In this document: positions 1 through 7,640 of the stretch, one piece after another | How positions within the stretch are numbered: position 1 is the stretch's first letter | How the letters are laid out: each line of letters begins with the position of its first letter | Source of the DNA: Candidatus Jordarchaeales archaeon | Lineage (GTDB): Archaea; Asgardarchaeota; Jordiarchaeia; Jordiarchaeales; Freyrarchaeaceae | Length of the DNA: 17,335 bases | Assembly (NCBI GenBank): GCA_038858525.1 | Contig: JAWCFL010000004.1 | Span: 84,451 to 101,785 of the forward strand | Direction: 5' to 3' | The notes under the pieces: model-generated | Seen by the model: only the letters and a program-made list of their open reading frames with translations | The model's database searches: none | Told to the model about the DNA's origin: nothing | Translations under genes and position numbers: made by a program

Positions 1-513
1 GCGTATACTCGCTTTATTTAGTAGCGAAACTCGTTGAGCATTCAGGCTGACAGATGGGAGCAATGAGAACTAGACGAATCAACAAAGGTTCCCCCCTCGC
101 GCTGTATGGTTTCACTGTTGTAGGATAGTTAAAAGCTCGACTGACTGTTGCACCCTTTTAATGTCCATCAGTGGTTTCATTACCAACGGCAAAAATTACA
201 TCGAAAAGTCGTGGCTGTACTCCAAGCGGCGGCAAAGCATAAGGGAATTTTGAGTTGGCGTTTTTCATTGCCTTTAAAATAAGGGTGCCATCAGATTACA
301 ATTGAGCCATGAACAAATTGAAGCTGAGCATCATATGTCCAGTGTTAAGAGGGCATAATTGACACAGCTTAAAGCTCAGCACTATGAGCTCCTAACTTGA
401 AAACCGAAAATACTAGTTTTAATCAAGGGAAATATAAAGGAAAATGTAAAATGGTTAAAAACTTTAACTTCTCTTTTAATAGACTCCTTAATGCTTAAAG
501 TGTAGGAGAGCTA

Positions 514-1587
514 CTAGACTGTTCGAGGCGGTCTGGAGAAGTCTACTCCAGCAAGGTAGCTGTGTCTAGATGTGAATTTTCTACCTAGGTGATATAACAT
601 GTAGGATAAAGATATGCCTTTCGGGCATACTTCGTCGCATTTACCGCAACAGACACACGAGTCAGCCATGTGAAGCATCCTCGTGACCAAGAAGAGGGAA
701 GGCGTGTATTCCTTTCGCTTGGATATAAGGATGCAGTCCTTACAGAAGCAGATTGGACATGCCCTTATACATGCACTACACTTAACGCATGCATCAAGCT
801 GGCCCATGAACCATGAAAACCTTTCATGGCCGGGCACAGATAATAACTTATTCTCTTCCTCCTTTAAGGTTCTTCTTCCCCTTTCATTCAATAACCTTAA
901 TTTTTCCTCTCTCTTCGTGATTAATTCGCGTGGCTGGCCTTCAATTATGACACCCTTACCCCTCAATGTTTCAAGCACTTTCGCCCCCCTCTCTGTCCCA
1001 GCTTCCACAAGTGTTACTTCAGGTGAAGAGATTAAACTTACACATACGTCAGCGTAGGGTGGCGCGTGGACCTCGCACCTTCTACAAGCATCTTTCAATA
1101 CTTCGTCACCAGGTGTAACACGTAGTGCTTCCATAACTTCTCCACTAGCGTCCTGATTAGTCCTCATTCCAGGGCAGTCAAAGCCAACGATGAACACCGA
1201 GTTTAAGTCAATCCGCCTTCTCTTCGCTAGCTCAATTATGGCTCTCGCCTCACACGGCTTTACAAGTGCCGCCAGCCTATCTCCCTTCCTATCCCTAATT
1301 GCCCTAACTGTCGACTCTAATCCTTGATAGCTGTGAACTAGAACGTAGCCTAAGATTGCCTCATCCAGCTCATCTGCGCTTTTAACAACATGGAGGACTA
1401 CCTTACCTTCCTTACTCACGCCGGAAACGATACCATCAACAACGCCGGCTTCCAGTAAAAGTTTAGTTAGGTCGCGTACTAACTGAAGAGGATCGCCCCT
1501 ATGCACGAAACCTCGATCCGTTATTCCTTCCACTCTTAACCAACTCAATCTCCTTTTTATGCTCGAGAATTGCTCATTCGCCCCCAC
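514..1587 (-). CDS. FdhB/FrhB-family F420-interacting iron-sulfur flavoprotein (formate dehydrogenase beta-subunit-like), 357 aa
   Basis: FdhB-type motifs LVKPCEARAIIELAKRRRID and IVGFDCPG; C-terminal 4Fe-4S clusters CVKCSACIRACPICFCKDC and HMADSCVCCGKCDEVCP; GTG start 2 nt after the mvhD stop. Confidence 0.82.
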   Translation of the reverse strand: MGANEQFSSIKRRLSWLRVEGITDRGFVHRGDPLQLVRDLTKLLLEAGVVDGIVSGVSKEGKVVLHVVKSADELDEAILGYVLVHSYQGLESTVRAIRDRKGDRLAALVKPCEARAIIELAKRRRIDLNSVFIVGFDCPGMRTNQDASGEVMEALRVTPGDEVLKDACRRCEVHAPPYADVCVSLISSPEVTLVEAGTERGAKVLETLRGKGVIIEGQPRELITKREEKLRLLNERGRRTLKEEENKLLSVPGHERFSWFMGQLDACVKCSACIRACPICFCKDCILISKRKEYTPSLFLVTRMLHMADSCVCCGKCDEVCPKGISLSYMLYHLGRKFTSRHSYLAGVDFSRPPRTV

Positions 1588-1589
1588 GC

Positions 1590-2073
1590 TTACCTGGGGG
1601 GGTCGCCTGGGGCCTGCCTGCTTTCAGCCACAGGTTCATTCACTTTCCTCGTTTTTAAGAGGTTAGGACCAAGATCCATCAACTTCTCACTCATCTTTCT
1701 CGCCATGTCCGCGAAGTATCTGCCCTCAGCCGAGGAACAGTAAACCATTGTCACCCTCTCCGCACCCAGCCCCATAAGCTCCAACAAGTCCTGAACCATC
1801 TCGACATGTCTCGCCGCCATAATGTTTCCGTTTTCAAACTCGCACTCGCCAACTCGTCACCCGACAATCATTACGCCGTCCGCCCCTTTCCAAAGTAGTC
1901 TAGCTATCAAGTCCGCTGAAACTCTACCGGTGCACGGCACCCTTATCGGTCTAAGTGTGGCAGGGTACTGCGACCTCATTGTTCCAGCCATGTCAGCGGC
2001 ACCATAACCTCATTTCCAGGGGCGTGACACGCCCTTTCCAGCAGAGGAAAGCCCCTATTTTTGGGCTACTCAC
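1590..2073 (-). CDS. mvhD: MvhD/VhuD hydrogenase/Hdr-associated [2Fe-2S] subunit, selenoprotein; proposed join(2073..2036, 2013..1590), 153 aa with Sec at codons 14 and 65
   Basis: GTG at 2073 with upstream GGAGG. After removing 2014-2035 the frame reads MSSPKIGAFLCWK(UGA)GYGAADMAGTMRSQYPATLRPIRVPCTGRV...GADGVMIVG(UGA)RVGECEFENGN...GLGAERV, matching the MvhD motifs CxxCxYxxAD, RVxCxGRV and GADGVxxxGCxxGxC. The ORF track shows only the C-terminal 76 aa. Confidence 0.9.
1857..1859 (-). other. In-frame UGA, putative selenocysteine (MvhD U65)
   Basis: Sits in GADGVMIVG-UGA-RVGEC, the position of the conserved Cys in GADGVxxxGCxxGxC; the frame is conserved on both sides. Confidence 0.9.
2010..2012 (-). 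other. In-frame UGA, putative selenocysteine (MvhD U14, CxxU)
   Basis: Aligns with the second Cys of the MvhD N-terminal CxxC and is followed by GYGAAD. Confidence 0.85.
2014..2035 (-). other. Candidate 22-nt bulge-helix-bulge mRNA intron in mvhD
   Basis: Minus-strand RNA reads CUGG AA|A GGGCGU GUC ACGCCC CUGG AA|A UGA. It has a 6-bp intron stem, a 4-bp central helix CUGG/CUGG (C-G, U.G, G.U, G-C) and two AAA bulges. Cutting after the second nucleotide of each bulge removes 22 nt and restores the reading frame. Confidence 0.65.
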
Positions 2074-2086
2074 TTTTCCATCCTCC

Positions 2087-4012
2087 CTATTTGAAAACTT
2101 CATCTATGTACGCTTCGAGCTGCTCCTCCCTGTATCCTCTCCTGTAAATTGCCTTTGAGGGGCAGGTTGCGGCGCACTTACCACATCCTCTGCACAAGAG
2201 CTCATTTACCGTGGCGATGTCGCCAACGCTTATGGCACTGTAAGGGCAGACAAGCTCGCATAGCCCGCAGCCGTTGCATCTATCCTTCTCGACAACTGCC
2301 GTGGCAAGCTCGAACTCCACCTCCTCAGCCAAGAGAAGACCGACGGCGGAAGCCGCGGCAGCCTTCGCTTGGGACACGCACACATCTATAGCTTTTGGTC
2401 CCTGCGCGTCACCACAAATGTATATGCCGCGCATCTTGGTGTCCGTTGGGGCTAGCCGCGAGTGGAACTCCTTAATGAAGCCGTCTGGGCTTCGCTCAAG
2501 CTTAAGGATCTCTGAGACCTTTTTTAAGTCATCTGAAGGAACGACGCCCGTCGAGAGAACAACTAGATCGGCCTTCAGCTCGAGAACTCTGCCTGAAAGC
2601 GTATCCTCGACAACTACTATAAGCTCGCCGCTACCAGTATCCTCAACGACCTCCCCGACTCGCCCCCTCAGGAACACGACACCATGCTCCCTCGCTTGAA
2701 CGTAGAACTCCTCGTATCCTTTCCCATATGCTCTCACGTCAGTGTAACAGACGAAAACTTCGACGTCCTGCAAGTGCTGCTTTAACAGCATTGCGTTTTT
2801 GAGGGACACCATACAGCACACGTTAGAGCAATACTCGTTCTCGTTCCTGTTTCTGAAGCCGACGCACTGTATCATGACTACTCTTCTGGGTTTTCTTCCA
2901 TCTGAGGGTTTTACGACTTCTCCTCCCGTCGGGCCGTTAGGGGCTAATAGCCTTTCAAGATGGAACTGTGTTATCACGTTGGCGTACTTTCCATAGCCGT
3001 ACTCGCCGAGCTTTGGCTCGTATGATGCGCCGCCGCAGGCCACTATTATTGCTCCAACCTCCAAGTCGACTACTTGCTCCTTCTGATTGAAATCTATAGC
3101 ATTCTTGCCGCACCTTTTTTCGCATAGGCCGCACTTGATGCACTTTTCCATGTTTATGAGGTATGTTTGAGGGACGGCTTGTGGAAACGGCTGATATATC
3201 GCCTTTTTTGACCCCAACCCTAAGTCGAAGCTACTTGGTGTGAAAACGGGGCAGACCTCGGCGCACGCTCCGCATCCGCTGCAAAGCTCCTCTTTAATAT
3301 ACCTCGGCTTCCTCCTAACCCTAACCTTAAAGTCTCCTATGCTACCCTCGACAGATTCAACCTCGCTGTAAGTTAGGATCTCTATCTCCTCTTTTCTGGC
3401 GGCTTCAAGCATTAGTGGCCCAAGAATTCAGATCGCGCAGTCATTTGTGGGGAATGTTCTGTCGAGCATCGCCATCCTTCCACCAATAGTGGGGCTCTTC
3501 TCCACCAAGTACACTTTGAACCCGTTCTTAGCCACCTCGAGTGCAGCCTGTATCCCACTTATTCCTCCCCCTATCACGAGGACGCTGGGATTCACAGGGA
3601 GAAGTATGCGTGGCACCTCCTCGAGAAGTCTTGCTTTGGCTACCGCTCCCCTTATAATGTCCTTAGCCATCTCTAAGGCATTTTCGGCGTCCATCATATG
3701 GACGAAGGAGTTATGCTCCCTAATGTTTACGAACTCTAACATGCTGGGGCTCAACCCCGCCTCATATAACACTTTTTTAAAGACGTCTTCGTGCGTCTTA
3801 GGGGTGCATGCCGCAACTACCACCCTGTCCAGCTCTTGCTCCCTCACTCTCGCCTTTATCAGCTCCGCTCCGGCATGGGTGCAGAGAGAAATGTATGTCT
3901 CAGCCCAGACAACATCCCTCAGCGTAGACGCGTAGTCTCTGAGTGCCTCGACATCGATGACGCCAGCTATGTTCTTGCCACAGTGACATATGAAAACACC
4001 TATGCGGGGAAT
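2087..4012 (-). CDS. hdrA: Heterodisulfide reductase subunit A (FAD, multiple 4Fe-4S), selenoprotein; about 640 aa, start uncertain
   Basis: One frame runs from PRIGVFICHCG (about 4009) through VVVAACTPKTHE, the FAD motif VLVIGGGISG and FPTNDCAI(UGA)ILGPLM to CSGCGACAEVCP, CSNVCCM and the C-terminal ferredoxin CNGCGLCELVCP/CRGCGKCAATCP. The track ORFs 3428-3847 and 2087-3412 are in this same frame. No ATG/GTG/TTG lies between the in-frame TAG at 4025-4027 and the conserved N-terminus. Confidence 0.93.
3428..3430 (-). other. In-frame UGA, putative selenocysteine in HdrA
   Basis: FPTNDCAI-UGA-ILGPLM corresponds to the conserved FPTxDCxxCIxxPxM, the known Sec position of Methanococcales and Lokiarchaeia HdrA. 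Confidence 0.92.
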
Positions 4013-4083
4013 AACCTCATCCTCCTAAAACCCTTTTAGCACCTCCTCTGAATCATCGTCCACCTTTAACAAACAACTAACTT

Positions 4084-4091
4084 TATTTAAA
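4084..4091 (-). promoter_or_regulatory. Putative TATA box for the hdrA operon
   Basis: TTTAAATA on the minus strand, 20 nt upstream of the GTG at 4063, within the AT-rich hdrA/panB divergent gap. Confidence 0.45.
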
Positions 4092-4242
4092 TATTGTCAA
4101 GCCTCATTCTCTTGAAATACTTAACATTTAGAATTACTATTCTTGACTTAGAGAAAAAGCGTATTTTTTTAGTAGTAGCCTTAAAAATGCTTAAAACGTC
4201 AATTAGCCTCTTTCACTTAAGAGCGTTACGGAGGGCATTGAA

Positions 4243-5106
4243 TTGGCGAAGTTGACAATAATAGACTTGCGTTTAATGAAGGAAGAGGGCAGGAAAATAA
4301 CGATGCTCACCGCTTACGACTACCCGACAGCCCTCATACTAGATGAGGCCGGAGTAGACGTGATACTTGTGGGTGACTCCCTGGGGAACGTGATACTTGG
4401 CTACCAGAACACGATACCTGTAACCATGGATGACATGGTGAGGCACTGTGCGGCTGTTAGCAGGGCTGTCAAGCGGGCATTGGTTGTTGGGGATATGCCC
4501 TTCATGTCCTATGCTACACCGGAGTTAGCGGTTAAGAACGCTGGGCGCCTTGTGCAGGAGGGCGGCGTCGAGGCGGTCAAGCTTGAGGGGGGTAGGGAGA
4601 TGGCTTCAGTCGTGAAGCTTCTCGTAGATAACGGCGTCCCCGTCATGGGACATATAGGCTTAACTCCTCAGTCCATCCACAAGTTTGGAGGATACAAGGT
4701 TCAGGGCAGGACGGCTGAAGCTGTGAAAAAGCTTATGGAGGACGCTGAAGCCCTTGAAAGGGCAGGCGTTTTTTCCATAGTTCTCGAGTGCATTCCTTGG
4801 AAAGTGGCGAAAATTATAACTGAATCCGTTTCCGTCCCGACGATAGGCATAGGGGCCGGAGTATACTGCGATGGTCAGGTCCTAGTAACACATGACTTAT
4901 TGGGCTTCTTTGAAGGATTCAAGCCAAAGTTCGTAAAGCAGTACTGTAACATTAAAAAATTCATAATGGATGCTGTCGGAAAATACATTGACGAAGTGAG
5001 AAGTGGGGTTTACCCGGCGGTTGAGCACTCTTACGAGCTCCCTGAGGAAGAAGAGAAGAAACTACTAAAGGAGTTCGCGTCGCTCAAAGACAGGAAGCCG
5101 TCTTAG
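4243..5106 (+). CDS. panB: 3-methyl-2-oxobutanoate hydroxymethyltransferase
   Basis: KITMLTAYD, ILVGDSLG, VGDMPF, VKLEGG, GHIGLTPQS and TIGIGAG motifs; TTG start with GGAGG upstream. Confidence 0.97.
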   Translation: MAKLTIIDLRLMKEEGRKITMLTAYDYPTALILDEAGVDVILVGDSLGNVILGYQNTIPVTMDDMVRHCAAVSRAVKRALVVGDMPFMSYATPELAVKNAGRLVQEGGVEAVKLEGGREMASVVKLLVDNGVPVMGHIGLTPQSIHKFGGYKVQGRTAEAVKKLMEDAEALERAGVFSIVLECIPWKVAKIITESVSVPTIGIGAGVYCDGQVLVTHDLLGFFEGFKPKFVKQYCNIKKFIMDAVGKYIDEVRSGVYPAVEHSYELPEEEEKKLLKEFASLKDRKPS

Positions 5107-5122
5107 CCAACAAAACAAAAAA

Positions 5123-5129
5123 TATATAA
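5123..5129 (+). promoter_or_regulatory. Putative TATA box upstream of atpI
   Basis: A-rich run followed by TATATAA about 65 nt before the ATG at 5195. Confidence 0.4.
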
Positions 5130-5194
5130 TAGGTGCCCGATCGATTTGTGGCTGTCGCTCGAAATTAATTCTTACATCTGACGAGGGAACCGTA

Positions 5195-7594
5195 ATGGTT
5201 TGGCCGCGTCCTCTTAAGCAAGGAATGCTGAAGGTTGTCTGCCACAAGGACTACGAGCGCGCTCTCATCCGTTGCATTCACGAGACCGGAGAAGTCGAGC
5301 TAATAGACATAGAGGAAAAAGGCGGTGCCTCATCAGTCAAGCTGAGTGACGAGGAGAAAGAGGCGATCCAGCTGCTCGGCGACGTCCAAAAATACGTAGA
5401 CTACTTGGGCATTGAAAAATATGTGCCATACATTGCCCGCCTGCCAGACAGCAAAAAAATGGCGGTGGACGACGAGAAGCTCTCAAGCATAATCTCTATA
5501 ACACGGAAGACGCTTGAGGCTGTTGCACCGAAGATCGACGCCCTCAGAGAGGAGCTCGTCAAAGTGAACCAGGAGCTCGAGCAACAACGGGCACTTCTCA
5601 AGATAGCGGAAACCGTGAAGCCCCTCGGAATAGAGCTAACTCACATAGGGGAGGGGCGCTATGTTTACGCCGTCGCTGGCACGATTTCCGAAGACAAGGT
5701 TAGCATGATAAAATGGAGAGTAGCGGAGGTAACGAATGGCGACTATATATTCCACCACGCCAGCATAGGTGAGGGAAGAGCCGTCGTCCTGATAGCGACC
5801 TTCAAAGAGCACAAAGAAATCGTTCAGCGTCTCCTGACAGCATTTGGCTTCGAAGAGTTCAAAATTCCATCAGAAGTCGAGGGGTCAACCGATAAAATAA
5901 TTGAGAGAACACAGAAGCGGGTTAAGTCTCTAGAAGACCGTCTCGAGAAACTTGAGGACGAAAAGTGGAAGATAATAAAGCAGCACGGCTATAACCTGCT
6001 TGCCTGCAAAGAACTTCTTTCCATAGAAAGAGAAAGAATGGAGGCTAAAAACTACCTCAGGCGGACCGAAACCACTGTTGAACTTTGGGGCTGGGTTCCC
6101 TTAAAGTCTGCGAAGAGGCTGGTTCAAGCAATAGACAAAGCAACCGAAAGGACGGCGGTAGTAGAAGTAATAGATCCAGCGATACCGGAGGAGGAACGCC
6201 CAACAAAACTTGAAAATCCAAGGATAGCGGGACCATACGAGGCCCTAGTGAAAAGCTTCGGAATACCGAACTACAAGGAAATAGACCCGACAAAGTTCAT
6301 GGTAATAACCTTCCCAATAATCTTCGGGATGATGTTCGGCGACGTGGCCCACGGGGCAATACTTGCCCTAGTGGGTCTTGCACTTGTAGCCTGGCGCACT
6401 AGAAAGCCGGTCGTCGGCGAAATCATAGGTTACGGCCTCAAGGCCGGTAGCCTCCTCTTCTGGTGTGGCCTCACATCCGTCTTATTTGGCTTCCTCTACG
6501 GCTCGTTCTTCGGGTCACACCATGTCATAGATCCACTATGGTTTAATCCGTTCACCTCTGAAGGAAACTTCAAGCTCTTAAGGCTCGCCATAGTTGTCGC
6601 AGTAATAGAGATAAACTTCGGCTTCCTCCTAAGAATAGTAAACCTCTACCACGAAGGAAAACTGAAGGAAGCATTCTTCATGCCCACATGCCTAATGTGG
6701 ACACACATAGGCGCCATGACCATTCTCTTCAGTGACCAGTATAGTGTAGACTTCATGAAGTGGTTCTCATCAACACCTCCATTACTCCTAGACCCATCTA
6801 CAACCTTACTTTACGAACGCCTAACGGAGTTGCTCCATGCTCACCCCGAAACCCCAGTATCCGCCTTAACCAACATGATCGAAACAGCTAATATAACGCG
6901 CGAACTCATAACAAGGCTTTCAACACCATTCTACATGACCCTGCGACCCCTAAAGGTCTTCGAGCCCTTAGCACCCAACCTCTTCGACAAAAGCATCTGG
7001 CACACTTTAGAGTTCCTCGAAGCCCTCCACCTTCTCCCCGAACAACTAACGGAGACGCTCCACTTAGCCAAGCAACTCTTCATCTGGAACTCAACTTCAC
7101 ACTTCGAAATACACCTTCCCCCCATAACAATAATGCTCTTCTTCCTCGTAATACTACCAGTAATACTGGCACTTGTCGGAACGATAGCGATATCCCACGA
7201 CAAGTCAGAAGGCTTTTCAGAAATATTCGACCAGCTATTGGCTCTTCTATCTCACACTGTGAGCTTCGCACGAATATTCGCCCTGGCAGCGGTGCACTAC
7301 ATCTTCTCACACCTGGGACTACAAATACCCCCATACACACCGACACTAGCAGTATCATTTACGGTAACAGAAATCTTCACTATAAAAATGCCGCAAATAG
7401 TACAGGAATCCCTAATAGGAGCAGTACTAATATCGCTGTTCATACTGTCCTTCGAGGGCCTCCTATCATTCCTGCACACACTAAGGCTTCACTGGGTTGA
7501 GTGGTTCATGAAGTTTTATCATGGCGACGGACGAGAGTTCAAGCCGTTCGTTGCAGCTCGCCAAGTGACCGTGCTGAAGAAACCCCCCTTCTAA
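5195..7594 (+). CDS. atpI: V/A-type ATP synthase/ATPase subunit I (a subunit), 799 aa
   Basis: Coiled-coil N-terminal half; PTKLEN, EIDPT, FGMMFGDVAHG, SHTVSFARIFAL (essential Arg) and LHTLRLHWVEWFMKFYHGDGREFKPF motifs. Confidence 0.96.
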   Translation: MVWPRPLKQGMLKVVCHKDYERALIRCIHETGEVELIDIEEKGGASSVKLSDEEKEAIQLLGDVQKYVDYLGIEKYVPYIARLPDSKKMAVDDEKLSSIISITRKTLEAVAPKIDALREELVKVNQELEQQRALLKIAETVKPLGIELTHIGEGRYVYAVAGTISEDKVSMIKWRVAEVTNGDYIFHHASIGEGRAVVLIATFKEHKEIVQRLLTAFGFEEFKIPSEVEGSTDKIIERTQKRVKSLEDRLEKLEDEKWKIIKQHGYNLLACKELLSIERERMEAKNYLRRTETTVELWGWVPLKSAKRLVQAIDKATERTAVVEVIDPAIPEEERPTKLENPRIAGPYEALVKSFGIPNYKEIDPTKFMVITFPIIFGMMFGDVAHGAILALVGLALVAWRTRKPVVGEIIGYGLKAGSLLFWCGLTSVLFGFLYGSFFGSHHVIDPLWFNPFTSEGNFKLLRLAIVVAVIEINFGFLLRIVNLYHEGKLKEAFFMPTCLMWTHIGAMTILFSDQYSVDFMKWFSSTPPLLLDPSTTLLYERLTELLHAHPETPVSALTNMIETANITRELITRLSTPFYMTLRPLKVFEPLAPNLFDKSIWHTLEFLEALHLLPEQLTETLHLAKQLFIWNSTSHFEIHLPPITIMLFFLVILPVILALVGTIAISHDKSEGFSEIFDQLLALLSHTVSFARIFALAAVHYIFSHLGLQIPPYTPTLAVSFTVTEIFTIKMPQIVQESLIGAVLISLFILSFEGLLSFLHTLRLHWVEWFMKFYHGDGREFKPFVAARQVTVLKKPPF

Positions 7595-7640
7595 TCCCTC
7601 CTTTGTTTTTGTTTTAAACCTCTTATTCTCCCCTTTTTTA
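7595..7640 (+). terminator. Putative oligo-T archaeal terminator after atpI
   Basis: Pyrimidine/T runs (TTTGTTTTTGTTTT, CCCCTTTTTT) directly after the stop codon. Confidence 0.4.

Noticed and set aside
130-185. AUGA…AA…GA SECIS-like pattern on the minus strand downstream of fdhB
   Set aside because: Only about 5 bp of the expected stem pair, and the register relative to the GA quartet is wrong.
1320-1375. AUGA…GA pattern with a partial stem inside fdhB
   Set aside because: Asymmetric stem with no apical AA motif; consistent with chance pairing in coding sequence.
2014-2035. mvhD insert as a simple sequencing indel
   Set aside because: It is a structured 22-nt unit (perfect hairpin plus 7-nt repeat), not a homopolymer slip. 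An assembly artefact remains possible and needs raw reads to exclude.
4025-4039. hdrA 5' hairpin as a canonical BHB intron, or its TAG as pyrrolysine
   Set aside because: The flanks (GGAG/GAGG) cannot form a central helix, and a 22-nt BHB-style excision does not restore the frame. The TAG is not at a conserved residue and no pyl genes are visible. Kept only as an unresolved anomaly.
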